A DNA stretch of 64,000 nt from Arenicellales bacterium (GCA_965243645.1 CBDEVD010000006.1:1488838-1552837), one strand, 5' to 3'. Counted from the first letter of the stretch, positions 51,306 to 62,689 are shown. The notes: generated by a model from the sequence alone, not told the origin. Program-made: numbers and translations.

Positions 51306-51557
51306 TTAAATCTCAAGAGGATTGAAACGAAAATACCGTTTGATGAACTCAACCGGAACACCATCGCGCAACATTGCCTGAGCGATCTTGTGCTTGGTTT
51401 CCAACTCACCTTTCTTTCTACCTTGTTCCAGGCCTTGTTCCAGACCTTGTTCCAGACCCTGTTCTATACCGATTTCTATGCCCTTAAGCTCACCGACTTT
51501 TTGACTAACTTCATCGTTGCTCCAACTCAAATCGATAATGTTTATTGCACCTGTCAT
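51306..51557 (-). pseudogene. Duplicated 3' fragment of the Rpn/YhgA-like gene
   Basis: The 83-aa ORF MTGAINIIDLSWSNDEVSQKVGELKGIEIGIEQGLEQGLEQG... repeats the C-terminus of 51609-52292. About 70 bp are identical at the DNA level (ttctatgcccttaagctcaccgac...atcgataatgttt). Confidence 0.6.
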
Positions 51558-51608
51558 TTCGATAGTCCATCGTTAACCACAAACTGATCAATTTTCGTAA
51601 AACCGGTT

Positions 51609-52703
51609 TCATCGGCTATTGTTGATACCGTTTTTCAACGCCTTAATCTCATCATCATTGAATTGAAAATACCGTTTAATAAAATCAACCTTAACTCCAT
51701 CAGCCAACATGGCTTGTGCTAGATTTTGCTTGGTTTCCAACTCACCTTTTTTTCTTCCTTGTTCTATGCCTTGTTCCAGACCCTGTTCCAGACCTTGTTC
51801 CAGACCCTGTTCTATGCCGATTTCTATGCCCTTAAGCTCACCGACTTTTTGACTAACTTCATCGTTGCTCCAACTCAAATCGATAATGTTTGTTGCGCCT
51901 GTCATTTCAACCTCCAATTCCGCCCACCACGAAAAATCAAGCTTCTTTCGATCATTAATATATTTTACTACCGGCAACCAATACTCCGAAAATTCCAATT
52001 CGCTCAGCGTCGAGGTCTTGCGAATCATCTCCATTGCAACCGCCCGATCAAAACGCTTGGTATGATTGACCGCACCCATCGCATACAGCATTATGGAAGC
52101 AGGAGACTCGGAAGATTTAAGCCGCTCCAGTACCGGTTCAGAACAAAGATTCAACACCATCACCGGAAACTGCGGAAGAACATCACCAAAGGCTGCTTGA
52201 AACTGGGCTCCATAGTCTTCTATGCAATCGCTGAGATTGATGGTAGTGCCAATCCTGCTTCTAGCATCATTGCTGATTGTCAGTATCACCACCGGTGTCT
52301 AACACTCACACACTGTACCGAAATAATAGCGAAGCAACTGCGACATCAATTGCTTGCGTCTTAGTTTACTCTTGAGTTCCACTAGAATCTGGATCGACTT
52401 GTTGTCCCCGCGTGCGTTCTCACGTAACGGTACCGCAATAAGCGCATCGGCATCTTGCAGAGAACCGCGAGGAGAAGTTGTACGGGTAGACAAAAGCAAA
52501 CTCTTGTGAGAATCGATGACCTGCACTTGCGATTGACTGAAGACCAAGTCAATTAGCAGGGGAATACCCAGACTTGTACGTAGAAATTTTTCAAATATCC
52601 AGTGGTGAGTACGTGCAACAATTGTGTTTGATTGGACCGGTTGGTCTTTCATAAGATCCCTCTTCAACTTTGCAATCAGCAATGATTGGCTTGTGGGTGC
52701 CAA
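51609..52703 (-). pseudogene. Rpn/YhgA-like PD-(D/E)XK nuclease (putative transposase family) interrupted by one in-frame TAG
   Basis: ORFs 52299-52703 and 51609-52292 are in the same frame: ..YYFGTVCEC*TPVVILTISNDARS... The C-terminal GIEQGLEQG...RKKGE...AQAML..G tail is typical of this family. Confidence 0.65.
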
Positions 52704-52943
52704 ATGTGTGTGTCAGACTTCAGCCAGAATTTGTCACCGTGACCAATTGGAACACAACAAACTCAACTGACAAGACATATTATCGGTGGTAGGTATATCA
52801 CCAGATGATACACCTAGAAAAATATTTAATTTTTTAAAATATTTTTATGTACGAATACGATTTGTGTTGTAAAAATGCAACATAAATTTTGCCGATGTAG
52901 ATGCTGATTGCAGGATATATTTTCGAACAATGTTCAATTGTCG

Positions 52944-53894
52944 TTATCGCGCACCATGACACTGAACCAATTCCTCAAGGCGTTGTAAGATGCGGTGATG
53001 GTGGGCCACACCCGAAAACCGACACAACTCCTGTAAACAGGTCGGGCTGGTTACATTCACTTCAATCAGTTTGCCACCAATAACATCAATGCCACAAAAG
53101 AAAATACCCTGCTCAATCAAACCCGGTTTGAGAGCTGTACAAATTTCCCAGTCTCGAGCATCCATTTCATCAACTACCGCTTCACCGCCCTGATCCAGAT
53201 TGTTGAGTTCTTCACCAGCAGCGTGCACGCGCAGCACCGCTCCAATTGGTTCACCTTCGACCAGTAAAATGCGCTTGTCTCCGCGTTGTGCATCTGGCAA
53301 ATACTCCTGTGCAATAATCCAGTGTCTTCCGTCTTTGGATACCCCATTGATACGCAGATTCTTATCTGAATCCTTTGAATTCAAAAACACAATACCCTTT
53401 CCACCGTGCCCGTCAACCGGTTTTAGTGTGATGCGGTCTCGCCCATCCAGAAATCTCAAAATTTCTTCCGTGCTGCTAGATACCAATGTGTCAGGCGTGA
53501 GATCAGGATAAAACAAAGCAGCCAGTTTCTCGTTCCAGTTCCGAATGCCCGAAGGTCGGTTGACCACAAGCGTCTTAGAACTAACGAAATCCAACAGTAG
53601 CGTTGCGTATAAATAACTGCGGTCAAATGGTGGGTCCGTGCGAACTACAATCGCATCCATTACCGCCAAATCAACCCTCGCCCTTTCAAGAACCGTGAAG
53701 GGTCGCGCAACTGAGTCATGGACATCCAGCCTTTCGACGATAGCGGAAACACCCTCGTTTTCCGCTTGCATCGATTCTTGATTAAAATAAAATACTTCGT
53801 TGCCACGCTCCCGTGCAGCCAGCATCAGGTAATAGGTCGTATCCTTGTAAGCCTTGACAGTTTCTAGCGGATTCATCAAGAAAGCAATTTTCAT
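52944..53894 (-). CDS. gshB: Glutathione synthetase (ATP-grasp)
   Basis: Start chosen at MKIAFLMNPLETVKAYKDTTYYLM (53894). Colinear with enterobacterial GshB. Confidence 0.88.
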   Translation of the reverse strand: MKIAFLMNPLETVKAYKDTTYYLMLAARERGNEVFYFNQESMQAENEGVSAIVERLDVHDSVARPFTVLERARVDLAVMDAIVVRTDPPFDRSYLYATLLLDFVSSKTLVVNRPSGIRNWNEKLAALFYPDLTPDTLVSSSTEEILRFLDGRDRITLKPVDGHGGKGIVFLNSKDSDKNLRINGVSKDGRHWIIAQEYLPDAQRGDKRILLVEGEPIGAVLRVHAAGEELNNLDQGGEAVVDEMDARDWEICTALKPGLIEQGIFFCGIDVIGGKLIEVNVTSPTCLQELCRFSGVAHHHRILQRLEELVQCHGAR

Positions 53895-54012
53895 AAGTTC
53901 AGCCTGATTCAAAAAAGGTCCACAATCGCAGCGAACGCCGAGCATCACAGTTGCGGCTCATGCCTGATTGTCCTGAATTTTTCTCTCTCACAGCTACGAG
54001 TTACCGTACAGT

Positions 54013-55671
54013 TTGAAAACATCAAATTTTATCAGGCAAATCATTGATAACGATATTGCCAATAACAAACACGACGGCCGCGTCGTAACTCGATTTCCAC
54101 CCGAGCCCAACGGCTACTTGCATATCGGGCATGCCAAATCGATCTGTCTGAATTTCGGCATTGCCGAAGACTACAACGGTGTTTGCAACTTTCGCTTTGA
54201 TGATACCAACCCCAGCAAAGAGAACATTGATTATGTTAATTCAATCATCAACGATGTTCACTGGCTGGGCTACGCACAAGGCACCCAAATTCTGCATGCA
54301 TCCGATTATTTCGACCAACTTTATACATTTGCTGTCGAACTCATCAATCAAGGCAAAGCTTATGTGGACAGTTTGACTCCGACGCAAATTCGAGAGTTTC
54401 GCGGCACCTTGACCGAACCTGGTAAAAACAGCCCGTATCGGGATCGTTCCATCGGAGAAAACCTGGATTTGTTCACTCGCATGAAAGCTGGTGAGTTTAA
54501 AGAAAACGAGCACGTACTTAGAGCCAAGATTGACATGGAGGCCGGCAACATCAATATGCGGGACCCGGTACTCTATCGAATCAAGCACGAATCACATCCC
54601 ATCACCGGTGACAATTGGTGTATCTACCCCCTCTATGATTTCGCCCACAGCTTATCGGATGCCATCGAAGGCGTTACCCACTCATTGTGCACCATGGAGT
54701 TCGAAGACCACCGACCGCTGTATGACTGGTGTGTAGAGAATGTTTCTGCACCTTACCGGCCGGAGCAGACAGAATTTTCGCGTCTGTCGCTTGAGTACAC
54801 CGTACTGAGTAAAAGACTGCTCACTAAGCTGGTCGAAGACGGTTTGGTTGATTCCTGGGACGATCCCCGAATGCCAACGCTCTCTGGACTTCGGAAACGA
54901 GGCTACACTCCCGCTTCCATCCTCGATTTTTGTGAACGCATCGGTATAACCAAGAATTTCAATGCCGTTGAGATGGGAGTACTGGAAAATTGTATTCGGG
55001 AGGATCTCGACTATTGCGCGCCGCGCGTTATGGCAGTACTCGACCCTGTGCCCGTGGTCATTGAGAATTATCCGGATGAACAAGTTGATTGGCTGAACGC
55101 TCAAAATCATCCGAAACGACCCGAACTCGGTACGCGACAAGTCCCGTTTTCCAAACGAATTTATATTGAGCGCAGCGATTTTCTTGAAGATCCTCCAAAG
55201 AAGTATTTTCGCCTGGCCCCCGGTGCTGAAGTCCGACTGCGCTACGCCTACCTGGTTACCTGTACTGATGTAATCAAGAACAGCGAAGGCAACATCCAGG
55301 AGATCAGATGTCGCTATGACCCGCAAAGCCGTGGTGGAATTGCACCGGACGGACGTAAGGTACGCGGTACGATTCATTGGGTGTCTGAGCCCCATGCAAT
55401 CCATTCAACCGTCAATCTGTATGATCGACTGTTTACCACGCCAAATCCAGCTGCCATGAAAGACACCGAGTTTAAAGAATTAATCAACCCGGACTCCCTT
55501 CAGGTAACCCAGGCAGCAGTTGAACCGGGTATCAAGTCTGCCGTCCCGGGAGACCGATTTCAATTTGAACGATGCGGGTATTTTGTGCTGGCCGCGCAAG
55601 GCGATACTACTCACGCGCCAGTCTTTCACCGAACCGTAACACTGCGCGATTCGTGGGCCAAACGCAACTGA
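54013..55671 (+). CDS. glnS: Glutamine--tRNA ligase
   Basis: 552 aa; [14 protein letters not shown] (HIGH) and VLSKR (KMSKS). Confidence 0.96.
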   Translation: MKTSNFIRQIIDNDIANNKHDGRVVTRFPPEPNGYLHIGHAKSICLNFGIAEDYNGVCNFRFDDTNPSKENIDYVNSIINDVHWLGYAQGTQILHASDYFDQLYTFAVELINQGKAYVDSLTPTQIREFRGTLTEPGKNSPYRDRSIGENLDLFTRMKAGEFKENEHVLRAKIDMEAGNINMRDPVLYRIKHESHPITGDNWCIYPLYDFAHSLSDAIEGVTHSLCTMEFEDHRPLYDWCVENVSAPYRPEQTEFSRLSLEYTVLSKRLLTKLVEDGLVDSWDDPRMPTLSGLRKRGYTPASILDFCERIGITKNFNAVEMGVLENCIREDLDYCAPRVMAVLDPVPVVIENYPDEQVDWLNAQNHPKRPELGTRQVPFSKRIYIERSDFLEDPPKKYFRLAPGAEVRLRYAYLVTCTDVIKNSEGNIQEIRCRYDPQSRGGIAPDGRKVRGTIHWVSEPHAIHSTVNLYDRLFTTPNPAAMKDTEFKELINPDSLQVTQAAVEPGIKSAVPGDRFQFERCGYFVLAAQGDTTHAPVFHRTVTLRDSWAKRN

Positions 55672-55692
55672 CCACCAGCCAGGAGAGACAAA

Positions 55693-56145
55693 ATGAAACG
55701 CCGCGAAGATGAGCCATGGATGTCAGCACCCGACTATGGGCACTCACTGAAGGCACTGACACTCAATCTGCTGGTAGGCAATATTGAAAACGCAGTTGAA
55801 TTTCAAACCCGCGTACTCGAAGCCACAGTTGTGTACGCAGACGCTGATATTGCAGTATTACAAGCCTGCGGTGCCGAATGGATGCTGCATGCAGATCACA
55901 CCTACCTTGAAAATTCAATGTACGACCTCATCTGTCAAGTAAATCAAAGAGGCATCGGTGCAGAAATTCGCTTGCATGGCTGCAACCCTGACCAAGCGGC
56001 TGCCAGAGCGCGTCAATTCGGCTATACGGTTTTCGCACCGGCTCAAGACAAGCCTCACGGACTTCGCGAGTGCTACCTGCAAGACCCTGACGGTTATATG
56101 TGGGTACCCGATGTCCCCTGTGGTGAAGTTACGAACAATATCTGA
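55693..56145 (+). CDS. Glyoxalase/bleomycin-resistance (VOC) superfamily protein
   Basis: 150 aa. Assigned from size and the C-terminal PHGLRECYLQDPDGYMW pattern; weak. Confidence 0.55.
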   Translation: MKRREDEPWMSAPDYGHSLKALTLNLLVGNIENAVEFQTRVLEATVVYADADIAVLQACGAEWMLHADHTYLENSMYDLICQVNQRGIGAEIRLHGCNPDQAAARARQFGYTVFAPAQDKPHGLRECYLQDPDGYMWVPDVPCGEVTNNI

Positions 56146-56307
56146 TCAGGGTCAGTGCAACTTGAATCAAGCAACACATTAAAATTCTTATCAAAATCTG
56201 CTGATTGCACAAACAGAAATCAACGGCCCGCAACACCACAATACAACTGACCGTGCGAGCCAACAGACGACAGTCTCTCAGCCAACCCAATCATTGAAAA
56301 AATCACC

Positions 56308-57351
56308 ATGGAATACCTTGTCGAATTTATCTTGTTTTTCGCAAAAACCTTGATTGTGATCATAGCGATCGTCATTCCGATCATGCTGATATCTGCCCTT
56401 GCAGCTCGCCAGCGACAACATCATAAGGAACACCTTGAGGTGAACCATATTAACCGTCGCTACGAGACCATGTCCAACACCATTAATGCCGCGCACCTGC
56501 CCAAAAAAGCATTCAAGGAAAAAATCAAGCAGCAGAAAAAAGAGCGCAAGGCTTCAGAGAAAGGCAAACCAGTCACAACTGAAGAAAAAAATCGAATTTA
56601 TGTCTTCCGCTTCAAAGGTGATATGGAAGCGTCCGAAATTGATCTGTTACGCGAGGAAATCACCGCTGTTCTCACTGTTGCGGAACCATCAGACGAAATC
56701 GTCGTCAACGTCGAAAGCCGCGGTGGCGTCGTTCACGGCTATGGACTGGCTGCCTCACAACTGAAGCGAATCAAAGACAAGAACATCAAACTAACCGTTG
56801 CGGTCGACAAAGTTGCTGCAAGCGGCGGCTATTTAATGGCCTGTGTAGCAGACAAGATTATCGCCGCACCTTTTGCGATTGTTGGCTCAGTCGGTGTCTT
56901 GGCACAGATTCCCAATTTTCATCGGGCCTTGGAAAAACACAACATCGATTACCAGGAATATACGGCGGGCGAATACAAACGCACGGTTGGCATGTTCAGT
57001 GAGCCGACCGCTAAAGGTAAAGCAAAATTTCTCGAAGAATTGGAGGACGTACACAAACTGTTCAAAGAGTTCGTCAAGGATAATCGCCCGCAAGTCGACG
57101 TCGACAAGATTTCAACCGGTGAGCACTGGTATGGAACCCGGGCACTTGATCTGAACCTGGTTGATGAGCTTCGGACCAGTGACGATTACCTCCTGGAAGC
57201 CAGTGAGAGTTCCGAGATTTTCGAGGTGAAATATGTACAAAAACCCTCACTCTCAGATCGGCTCAATCCTGCGGTTGTGGCATTCGTGAAAAAACTGCTG
57301 TTCAAGGGCGAACAATCATCAGGTGGTTTCTTTCCACTGGGACGACAGTGA
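56308..57351 (+). CDS. sohB: S49-family inner-membrane peptidase SohB
   Basis: 347 aa; N-terminal TM helix, ESRGGVVHGYGLAASQLKRIKDKNI, VDKVAASGGYLMACVADKI. Colinear with E. coli SohB. Confidence 0.88.
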   Translation: MEYLVEFILFFAKTLIVIIAIVIPIMLISALAARQRQHHKEHLEVNHINRRYETMSNTINAAHLPKKAFKEKIKQQKKERKASEKGKPVTTEEKNRIYVFRFKGDMEASEIDLLREEITAVLTVAEPSDEIVVNVESRGGVVHGYGLAASQLKRIKDKNIKLTVAVDKVAASGGYLMACVADKIIAAPFAIVGSVGVLAQIPNFHRALEKHNIDYQEYTAGEYKRTVGMFSEPTAKGKAKFLEELEDVHKLFKEFVKDNRPQVDVDKISTGEHWYGTRALDLNLVDELRTSDDYLLEASESSEIFEVKYVQKPSLSDRLNPAVVAFVKKLLFKGEQSSGGFFPLGRQ

Positions 57352-57875
57352 TCTACTCGCTGGATAACGGCACACCGCAATGCGGCCAAAACGTCTATGT
57401 CGCACCCAGTGCGGTCATCGTTGGCGACGTTGTTCTGGGCAATAATGTCAGTGTCTGGTTCGGCGCCGTGTTACGCGGCGACAATGAATGCATCAACATC
57501 GGGGACGGCACCAATATTCAGGACTGCTGCGTTATGCATACCGATCCGGGATGTCCACTCACCATCGGTTTAAATGTGACGGTTGGCCATAAGGCGGTTT
57601 TGCACGGCTGCACTGTCGGGAACGGATCCCTGATCGGCATCAATGCTGTAGTACTCAATAATGCTCAGATTGGCAACAATTGCCTGATTGGTGCCAACGC
57701 ACTCATAGGCGATGGCAAAGTCATTCCCGACAACAGCCTGGTTGTCGGGTCACCGGGACGAATCTTACGATCGCTTAAGCCCGAAGAACTCGACATGCTC
57801 AGTCAATTCAACGCTTCTTATATCGGCAAAATTTCGCGTTACAAATCAAGCTTAGAGGCCGTTTTAGATGAATGA
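57348..57875 (+). CDS. Gamma-carbonic-anhydrase-like hexapeptide-repeat protein (YrdA/PaaY family)
   Basis: 175 aa; left-handed beta-helix repeats and the LRGD...IGDGTNIQD..VMH pattern. Confidence 0.85.
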   Translation: MIYSLDNGTPQCGQNVYVAPSAVIVGDVVLGNNVSVWFGAVLRGDNECINIGDGTNIQDCCVMHTDPGCPLTIGLNVTVGHKAVLHGCTVGNGSLIGINAVVLNNAQIGNNCLIGANALIGDGKVIPDNSLVVGSPGRILRSLKPEELDMLSQFNASYIGKISRYKSSLEAVLDE

Positions 57876-58860
57876 AACCATGAAAGTGATTGAGGTCACC
57901 CAGCCCGGCGGGGCTGAGGTCCTTGCCTTGGGCACACGATCGGTACCAACGCTAAATGCAGGTGAGGTGTTGATCAAGGTTGCAGCAGCCGGTATGAACC
58001 GGGCAGATGTCATGCAGCGCAACGGTCACTACCCACCCCCGCCTGGCGCATCCGACTTGCTTGGGCTCGAAGTTTCCGGAACGGTAGTGAGTATTGCACC
58101 CGACGTTAGCAGTATCGCAGTTGGTGATGCAGTCTGTGCCTTGCTCGCCGGTGGTGGGTACGCTGAATATTGCGTTGCCGACGCCTCATCATGCCTGCCA
58201 GTACCCGATGGAATGGCTGTTGTCGATGCCGCCGCCTTACCGGAGACTTTCTTTACTGTCTGGACGAATATTTTCATGCGCGGCAACCTTAAAGCCAGCG
58301 AAAAATGCCTGATTCATGGTGGTTCAAGCGGCATCGGTACAACGGCAATTCAGCTTGCCAAGGCATTCGGTGCAGAAGTTTGTGTCACCGCTGGATCAGA
58401 TGAAAAATGCCAGAAGTGCATCGAATTAGGTGCAGACCGCGCAGTCAACTACCGCGAAAATGACTTCGTCGATGAAGTGAAGGATTGGACGGCTGGAAAA
58501 GGCGTCAATTTGATTCTTGATATCATTTCTGGCGACTACGTGGCAAAAAATATCAAATGCCTCGCCGACGAAGGTCGCATCGTAATCATCGCGACACAAG
58601 GTGGGATCAGAGCCCAAATCAACGTGTTACCGATTATGACCAAACGATTGACGATCACAGGCTCAACCTTGCGTCCTCGAAGTGTCGCGCAAAAGGCCGA
58701 AATTGCTTCTGAACTCAAAGCGCATGCTTGGCCACTTCTGAACCAGGGCCGCGTCAAACCAGTCATTGACTCGCTGTATCCCATGGATCAGGCGCGTCAA
58801 GCTCATGAACGAATCGAGTCGGGTTCTCATATCGGTAAAATCCTGCTAACGATGGACTGA
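57868..58860 (+). CDS. NAD(P)H:quinone oxidoreductase (zeta-crystallin/PIG3 MDR family)
   Basis: 330 aa; AAGMNRADVMQRNGHYPPPPGAS.. and GGSSGIGTTAIQLAK nucleotide-binding motif. Confidence 0.85.
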   Translation: MNETMKVIEVTQPGGAEVLALGTRSVPTLNAGEVLIKVAAAGMNRADVMQRNGHYPPPPGASDLLGLEVSGTVVSIAPDVSSIAVGDAVCALLAGGGYAEYCVADASSCLPVPDGMAVVDAAALPETFFTVWTNIFMRGNLKASEKCLIHGGSSGIGTTAIQLAKAFGAEVCVTAGSDEKCQKCIELGADRAVNYRENDFVDEVKDWTAGKGVNLILDIISGDYVAKNIKCLADEGRIVIIATQGGIRAQINVLPIMTKRLTITGSTLRPRSVAQKAEIASELKAHAWPLLNQGRVKPVIDSLYPMDQARQAHERIESGSHIGKILLTMD

Positions 58861-58883
58861 CACATCTGCGCTGAGGTATTCTG

Positions 58884-59750
58884 GTGCCTGCCGTATTCCA
58901 AAATCCATTACTTGCGACCGATTGGTGTCAAGAGCAGCGCAAGCAGCAGCGGACAATTGGGTTTGTACCAACGATGGGCGCGCTTCACCGGGGTCACCTG
59001 TCACTGGTGGAACGCGCCATTGCTGACAATGATGTAACCTGTGTTAGCATTTTTGTCAACCCCCTGCAATTTAACCAACCGGACGATTATTCAAGCTACC
59101 CACGCCACTTCGATGCAGATTGCCAATTGCTGGATGCAGTCGGCTGCGACATGGTCTTCAGTGGAACCAACCGCGACATGTTTCCTGAGGCCGAAACTCT
59201 GGAAGACGTCAAACTGCTCGACCCGGGTCCGGCCGGGGCCGGACTTGAGGGTCATTTTCGACCGGGTCACCTAGAAGGCGTCTGTACTGTTGTCCAACGA
59301 CTGTTTCAGTTTGTCGGTAATTGCCGGGCTTACTTTGGTCTAAAAGATTTTCAGCAAACCCTGGTGATTCGCGACCTTGCCGCGCGCCTTGGTTATCCTG
59401 AGATCATCACTTGCAAAACAATTCGTGACCACAATGGTCTCGCCCTTTCTTCGCGCAATGCACTGCTCAATTCGGCGGAACTTAAGCTGGCACAAAACAT
59501 ATCGAAAGCATTGACTCTAGCCCGTCAGTTGTGGCAAGCAGGTGATCGCGATTGTGATCAACTAAGAGCTGTCATGCAGAAGAATTTAACCGTCCCACTG
59601 AAAGTCGATTACGCCGATGTTCGCGATCCAGACAACTGGCAGGCACAATCACCACAGGGGACTCTGCAACAGGCAATCGCATTGATCGCTGCATACATCG
59701 GCGACGTCCGACTGATCGATAATTTACGGCTCGATAAAGATCTTTTGTGA
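58884..59750 (+). CDS. panC: Pantoate--beta-alanine ligase
   Basis: 288 aa; PTMGALHRGHLSLV (HxGH) motif. Confidence 0.9.
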   Translation: MPAVFQNPLLATDWCQEQRKQQRTIGFVPTMGALHRGHLSLVERAIADNDVTCVSIFVNPLQFNQPDDYSSYPRHFDADCQLLDAVGCDMVFSGTNRDMFPEAETLEDVKLLDPGPAGAGLEGHFRPGHLEGVCTVVQRLFQFVGNCRAYFGLKDFQQTLVIRDLAARLGYPEIITCKTIRDHNGLALSSRNALLNSAELKLAQNISKALTLARQLWQAGDRDCDQLRAVMQKNLTVPLKVDYADVRDPDNWQAQSPQGTLQQAIALIAAYIGDVRLIDNLRLDKDLL

Positions 59751-59815
59751 CCGCAAATAACCAGGCCGGTTAATCAGTCAGTACACCACGTCCAGTGGTT
59801 AAATGCCTGAGCCGA

Positions 59816-61336
59816 TTAGTTGTCTTCACTGCCCCGTTTGAAATGGAACTTAGCTCCAGATTCAATGGCTTGTGGCCATCTGGCAGTCACAGTCTTCATC
59901 CGGGTATAGAATCGAACACCCTCGGGTCCATGCATGTAGTGATCGCCAAACAGTGATCGTTTCCAGCCGCCAAAGCTGTGATAGGCAACCGGCACCGGAA
60001 TCGGTACATTGACACCCACCATCCCGATACGTACATTCGAGATGAAGTGCTGCGCACGGCCGCCATCTCGGGTAAAAATCGCCGCGCCATTGCCGTATTC
60101 GTGATCGCTCACGAGTCGAACGGCTTCGTCATAGCTGTCCGTTCGTACAACGCTCAACACAGGACCGAAAATTTCATCTGTGTAGATCTTCATATCGGCT
60201 GTGACCTTATCGAACAGGCAACCACCGAGAAATGCGCCCTGCTCGTAACCTGCCAGCGAAAAGTCCCGTCCATCAACGACGAGGTCAGCGCCTTCAGCAA
60301 CGCCAAGATCAACATAGGATTTGACTTTCTGATAGTGGTCCGGTGTGACCAGCGGACCCATCTCGGCGTTCGCGTCCGAGTAAGGTCCAATAACCAAGTC
60401 TTTGACTCTCGGTTTCAGACGATCGATCAGTTCATCCCCGGTCTCATCACCCACAGCCACGATGACTGAGATTGCCATGCACCGTTCGCCTGCTGAGCCG
60501 TAGCCCGCCCCAATCGCGGCATCAACCACCTGATCCATATCTGCATCGGGCATCACGACCATGTGGTTCTTGGCCCCGCATAGCGCCTGAACGCGCTTGC
60601 CGTGCTGGCAACCGGTCTGATAAATGTATTCTCCAACCGCGGTCGAACCAACAAAGCTGATCGCATCTACCCGTGGATGGGACAGTAAGGTATCCACCGC
60701 TTCCTTGTCACCATTAATTACGTTCAATACACCATCTGGAAGGCCGGCTTCCTGCATCATCTCGGCAAGCATCAAGGGACATGTCGGATCTTTCTCAGAA
60801 GGTTTCAGTACAAAAGTATTGCCGCAGGCAATTGCGATCGGAAACATCCACATGGGAACCATTGCAGGAAAATTAAATGGTGTAATTCCAGCACAGACAC
60901 CGACAGGCTGACGAATGGAATAGCTTTCGACACCTCTGGCGACGCGCTCGGACATCTCACCTTTTAACTGCTGAGGAATCCCACAGGCGAATTCAACGAC
61001 CTCGAGACCCCGTCCGATGGAACCCTTGGCATCTTCGATCGTCTTACCATGCTCTGCAGACAAGGCTGCAGCAATGTCTTCGATATTATTTTTAACAATT
61101 TCTCGAAACGAAAACATCACTTGTGCCCGACTCGCCGGAGGCGTAGCCGACCACGCTGGTAGTGCAGTTGCAGCAGCTTCAATGGCGGCACTCACCTCTC
61201 CGGCACTCGCCAATGGTACCCGTTTGACGACCTCACCCAAAGCCGGGTTATAGATATCACCGGTACGACCGCTGGAGCCTTCAACACGTGCGCCGTTAAC
61301 ATAGTGATACAGAATTTCTTTGACTGGCATGTCCAT
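59816..61336 (-). CDS. mmsA: CoA-acylating methylmalonate-semialdehyde dehydrogenase
   Basis: 506 aa ALDH-fold protein with GERCMAISV catalytic-Cys context typical of MMSDH. Confidence 0.88.
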   Translation of the reverse strand: MDMPVKEILYHYVNGARVEGSSGRTGDIYNPALGEVVKRVPLASAGEVSAAIEAAATALPAWSATPPASRAQVMFSFREIVKNNIEDIAAALSAEHGKTIEDAKGSIGRGLEVVEFACGIPQQLKGEMSERVARGVESYSIRQPVGVCAGITPFNFPAMVPMWMFPIAIACGNTFVLKPSEKDPTCPLMLAEMMQEAGLPDGVLNVINGDKEAVDTLLSHPRVDAISFVGSTAVGEYIYQTGCQHGKRVQALCGAKNHMVVMPDADMDQVVDAAIGAGYGSAGERCMAISVIVAVGDETGDELIDRLKPRVKDLVIGPYSDANAEMGPLVTPDHYQKVKSYVDLGVAEGADLVVDGRDFSLAGYEQGAFLGGCLFDKVTADMKIYTDEIFGPVLSVVRTDSYDEAVRLVSDHEYGNGAAIFTRDGGRAQHFISNVRIGMVGVNVPIPVPVAYHSFGGWKRSLFGDHYMHGPEGVRFYTRMKTVTARWPQAIESGAKFHFKRGSEDN

Positions 61337-61825
61337 GATTGATTCAGCCTCCCTCCTGGCTCAAATGAATCTGATTTTAAAATTTAGTATAGCAAAATTT
61401 ACCGTCGGCAAGCATCACCGTGCTCCAATCTGACCAGCAATCCCAGATTCATTGACTCGTATCGAATTTCAAACTTGTCGCGACAGCTTAAGTTATAAAA
61501 CCCAACGATCTGTATTGCTGCGCGGTACCGAACTCGGCGGCGCCTTCGACGAGTATCAGGGCATTGTGGTGAGATTTGCATGGTACTTTCGGTATGGCAA
61601 CTTCCCTGCTGATGTGCCTCAAGGGCAAGCGATTTCCAGATTGGTGCCAAGCAAAATGTGACTTAAGGTTAAAATCCCTCATTTTCTGTGGAAGCGCTTT
61701 CGAACTACCGGTTCGAAAACCGGCAGCATTTTCATGCGAGCCATGCGGACCTACTGAAAGTAAGTTCTTCGCGTCAACCATACGGATTTTATGCAGTGCA
61801 AAGACCGGTCTCTCAACATTTTGCA

Positions 61826-62689
61826 ATGATTGTGGTCGCGCTTGCTGGCCTCGCCTGGGGTGTTTTTTGGATTCCGTTGCGGGCCCTGGACAATGCCGGG
61901 ATCTCCGGCGTTTGGGCGGTCGTTTTATTCTATGTGGTACCGGCCATAGTGCTGTCGCCGGTTGTGTTTTTGCGCCGTCACCAGATCGCCAAGGCGGGCT
62001 GGCCGCTGCAGGTTTCCGGCATCCTCGCTGGGTTGGCCCTGGTTCTCTACGCCGTTGCCCTTGTGTTCACTGACGTTGTTCGCGCGTTGCTGTTCTTTTA
62101 CCTGACGCCTTTGTGGAGCACCTTCCTCTCCAGAATTTTTCTCGGTGAGAAAATTACCGCAATCCGCTGGGTAACGATCGTATTGGCTTTTGGGGGCCTC
62201 TTATTGATCTTGAAGGTCGACACTTTCAGCGCATCACTTTCGCTGGGCGATTGGATGGGGTTAGCTTCCGGAGTCATTTGGGCAATTGCGGCAGTTTGTA
62301 TTCAGTCGGATACACAAGTCGATAGTGTTGACGTCACGTTGTTTTACTTCCTCTGGGGCAGCTTGGTGGCATTGGTACTCATCGTTCTTCCGTTCGACGG
62401 CGCTCGGGCCATGCCAGAGTGGAACACAATATTAAGTGTCCTGCCGTGGTTTGTGCCGGTCGCAATTGTTCTGGTCATTCCCATATCACATGCAGTGATG
62501 TGGGGCGCGACTGTTCTGAGCCCTGGCCTGCTGGCGATTCTGTTCATGACTGAAATCAGTGCTGGCACTGTCACTGCTGCAATCTGGGCAAACGAGCCGT
62601 TTGGACTGCGCGAATTGGCAGGGGTGATTTTGATTACCTCAGCGGGTGTCTTGGAACCCATTACAACCTTGCGTCGCAGCAATGGATAA
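61826..62689 (+). CDS. EamA/DMT-family transporter
   Basis: About 10 predicted TM helices. Start chosen at MIVVALAGLAWGVFWIPLR (61826), since the upstream part of the track ORF is non-hydrophobic and overlaps the promoter region. Confidence 0.72.
   Translation: MIVVALAGLAWGVFWIPLRALDNAGISGVWAVVLFYVVPAIVLSPVVFLRRHQIAKAGWPLQVSGILAGLALVLYAVALVFTDVVRALLFFYLTPLWSTFLSRIFLGEKITAIRWVTIVLAFGGLLLILKVDTFSASLSLGDWMGLASGVIWAIAAVCIQSDTQVDSVDVTLFYFLWGSLVALVLIVLPFDGARAMPEWNTILSVLPWFVPVAIVLVIPISHAVMWGATVLSPGLLAILFMTEISAGTVTAAIWANEPFGLRELAGVILITSAGVLEPITTLRRSNG

Noticed and set aside
51400-51830. Short 12-bp tandem units as a possible CRISPR or other non-coding array
   Set aside because: The units are contiguous with no spacers, are only 12 bp long, and lie in frame within a coding tail (GLEQ/GIEQ). 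This is not a CRISPR array.
51726-52364. 212-aa plus-strand ORF with LFQT repeats
   Set aside because: It is the antisense reading of the GLEQ/GIEQ repeat region of the Rpn-like gene. The periodicity comes from the opposite strand.
52810-52850. AT-only near-palindrome AAAAATATTTAATTTTTTAAAATATTTTT between gshB and the Rpn-like gene
   Set aside because: It is an imperfect, low-complexity AT tract in an intergenic promoter/terminator zone, with no evidence for a specific element.
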